Assembly (NCBI GenBank): GCA_021613535.1
Contig: CP075494.1
Coordinates: 16,678,001 to 16,742,000 of the forward strand
DNA length: 64,000 nucleotides
Source of the DNA: Adineta vaga
Lineage: Eukaryota > Animalia > Rotifera
Direction of reading: 5' to 3'
Position 1 is the stretch's first letter; each line of letters opens with the position of its first letter. Below the pieces are notes generated by a model that was not told the origin of the DNA, searched no databases, and saw only the letters and a program-made list of their open reading frames with translations. Below, one piece after another: positions 63,673 to 64,000 of this stretch. A program made the position numbers and the translations under genes.

Positions 63673-64000
63673 AGATCCTAAAAATTATACTGACTGAAAT
63701 TGGTCAATGTCCACAAATGTCGTTTACGGTTTTTGATTAAAAATCTCTGTTTTTTTATTTCAGATAATATTTGTTATAACTATTTGATATGTTTCGTCAT
63801 GTTTACAATCGCGTTCGTTTCAACTATTTATCTGCAATCATCGACCAGCAACTATCATACTATGGTAAGACCTACTGTATAGCTTTCTGTGTGCAAAACT
63901 TCTGTTATCTCATTGAGAAACTAATTAATTAGCAACGCCACCTCGAGGAGAATGCTATAGTGTAGATCAATGGGTTTCTTTGTTTGATCGTCTCGAGTTG

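Noticed and set aside
1-64000. Prokaryotic operons, defence systems, tRNA or rRNA genes
   Set aside because: Spliceosomal introns and animal genes (innexin, GPCR, claudin) throughout; no structural RNA recognised apart from the 12-nt tRNA-His PBS

Overview
AT-rich eukaryotic genomic DNA with short (~50-70 nt) GT-AG introns. The gene families (B-box/NHL, F-box/LRR, TM-stalk-Kelch, 'LNLF..IPPS...RISTRLF' membrane family, bacterial-type enzymes) and the TGTGGG/TGAGGG repeats point to a bdelloid rotifer (inference). Roughly 1-28 kb is a fast-turnover gene region: Kelch, F-box, NHL, papain-like peptidase, claudin-like, GPCR, innexin and CmcI-type methyltransferase genes, many of them pseudogenes. 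Roughly 28-64 kb is a dense, nested transposon field: an intact intron-containing IS630/Tc1/mariner-type element with long TIRs, DD37E and DD37D elements, a piggyBac fossil, a two-gene CACTA/CMC element, a Sola3-like remnant, a gag/pol-less LTR element, a long-TIR element with a MULE remnant, MITEs and a 92-bp satellite. The most striking unexplained feature is a recurring 40-90 bp inverted telomere-repeat motif, (TGAGGG/TGTGGG)n-spacer-(CCCACA/CCCTCA)n. It occurs about 8 times in full plus 2 half-sites in the first 38 kb, almost always between gene units, and has the geometry of a telomere-telomere fusion. All calls are from manual reading; no searches were run.
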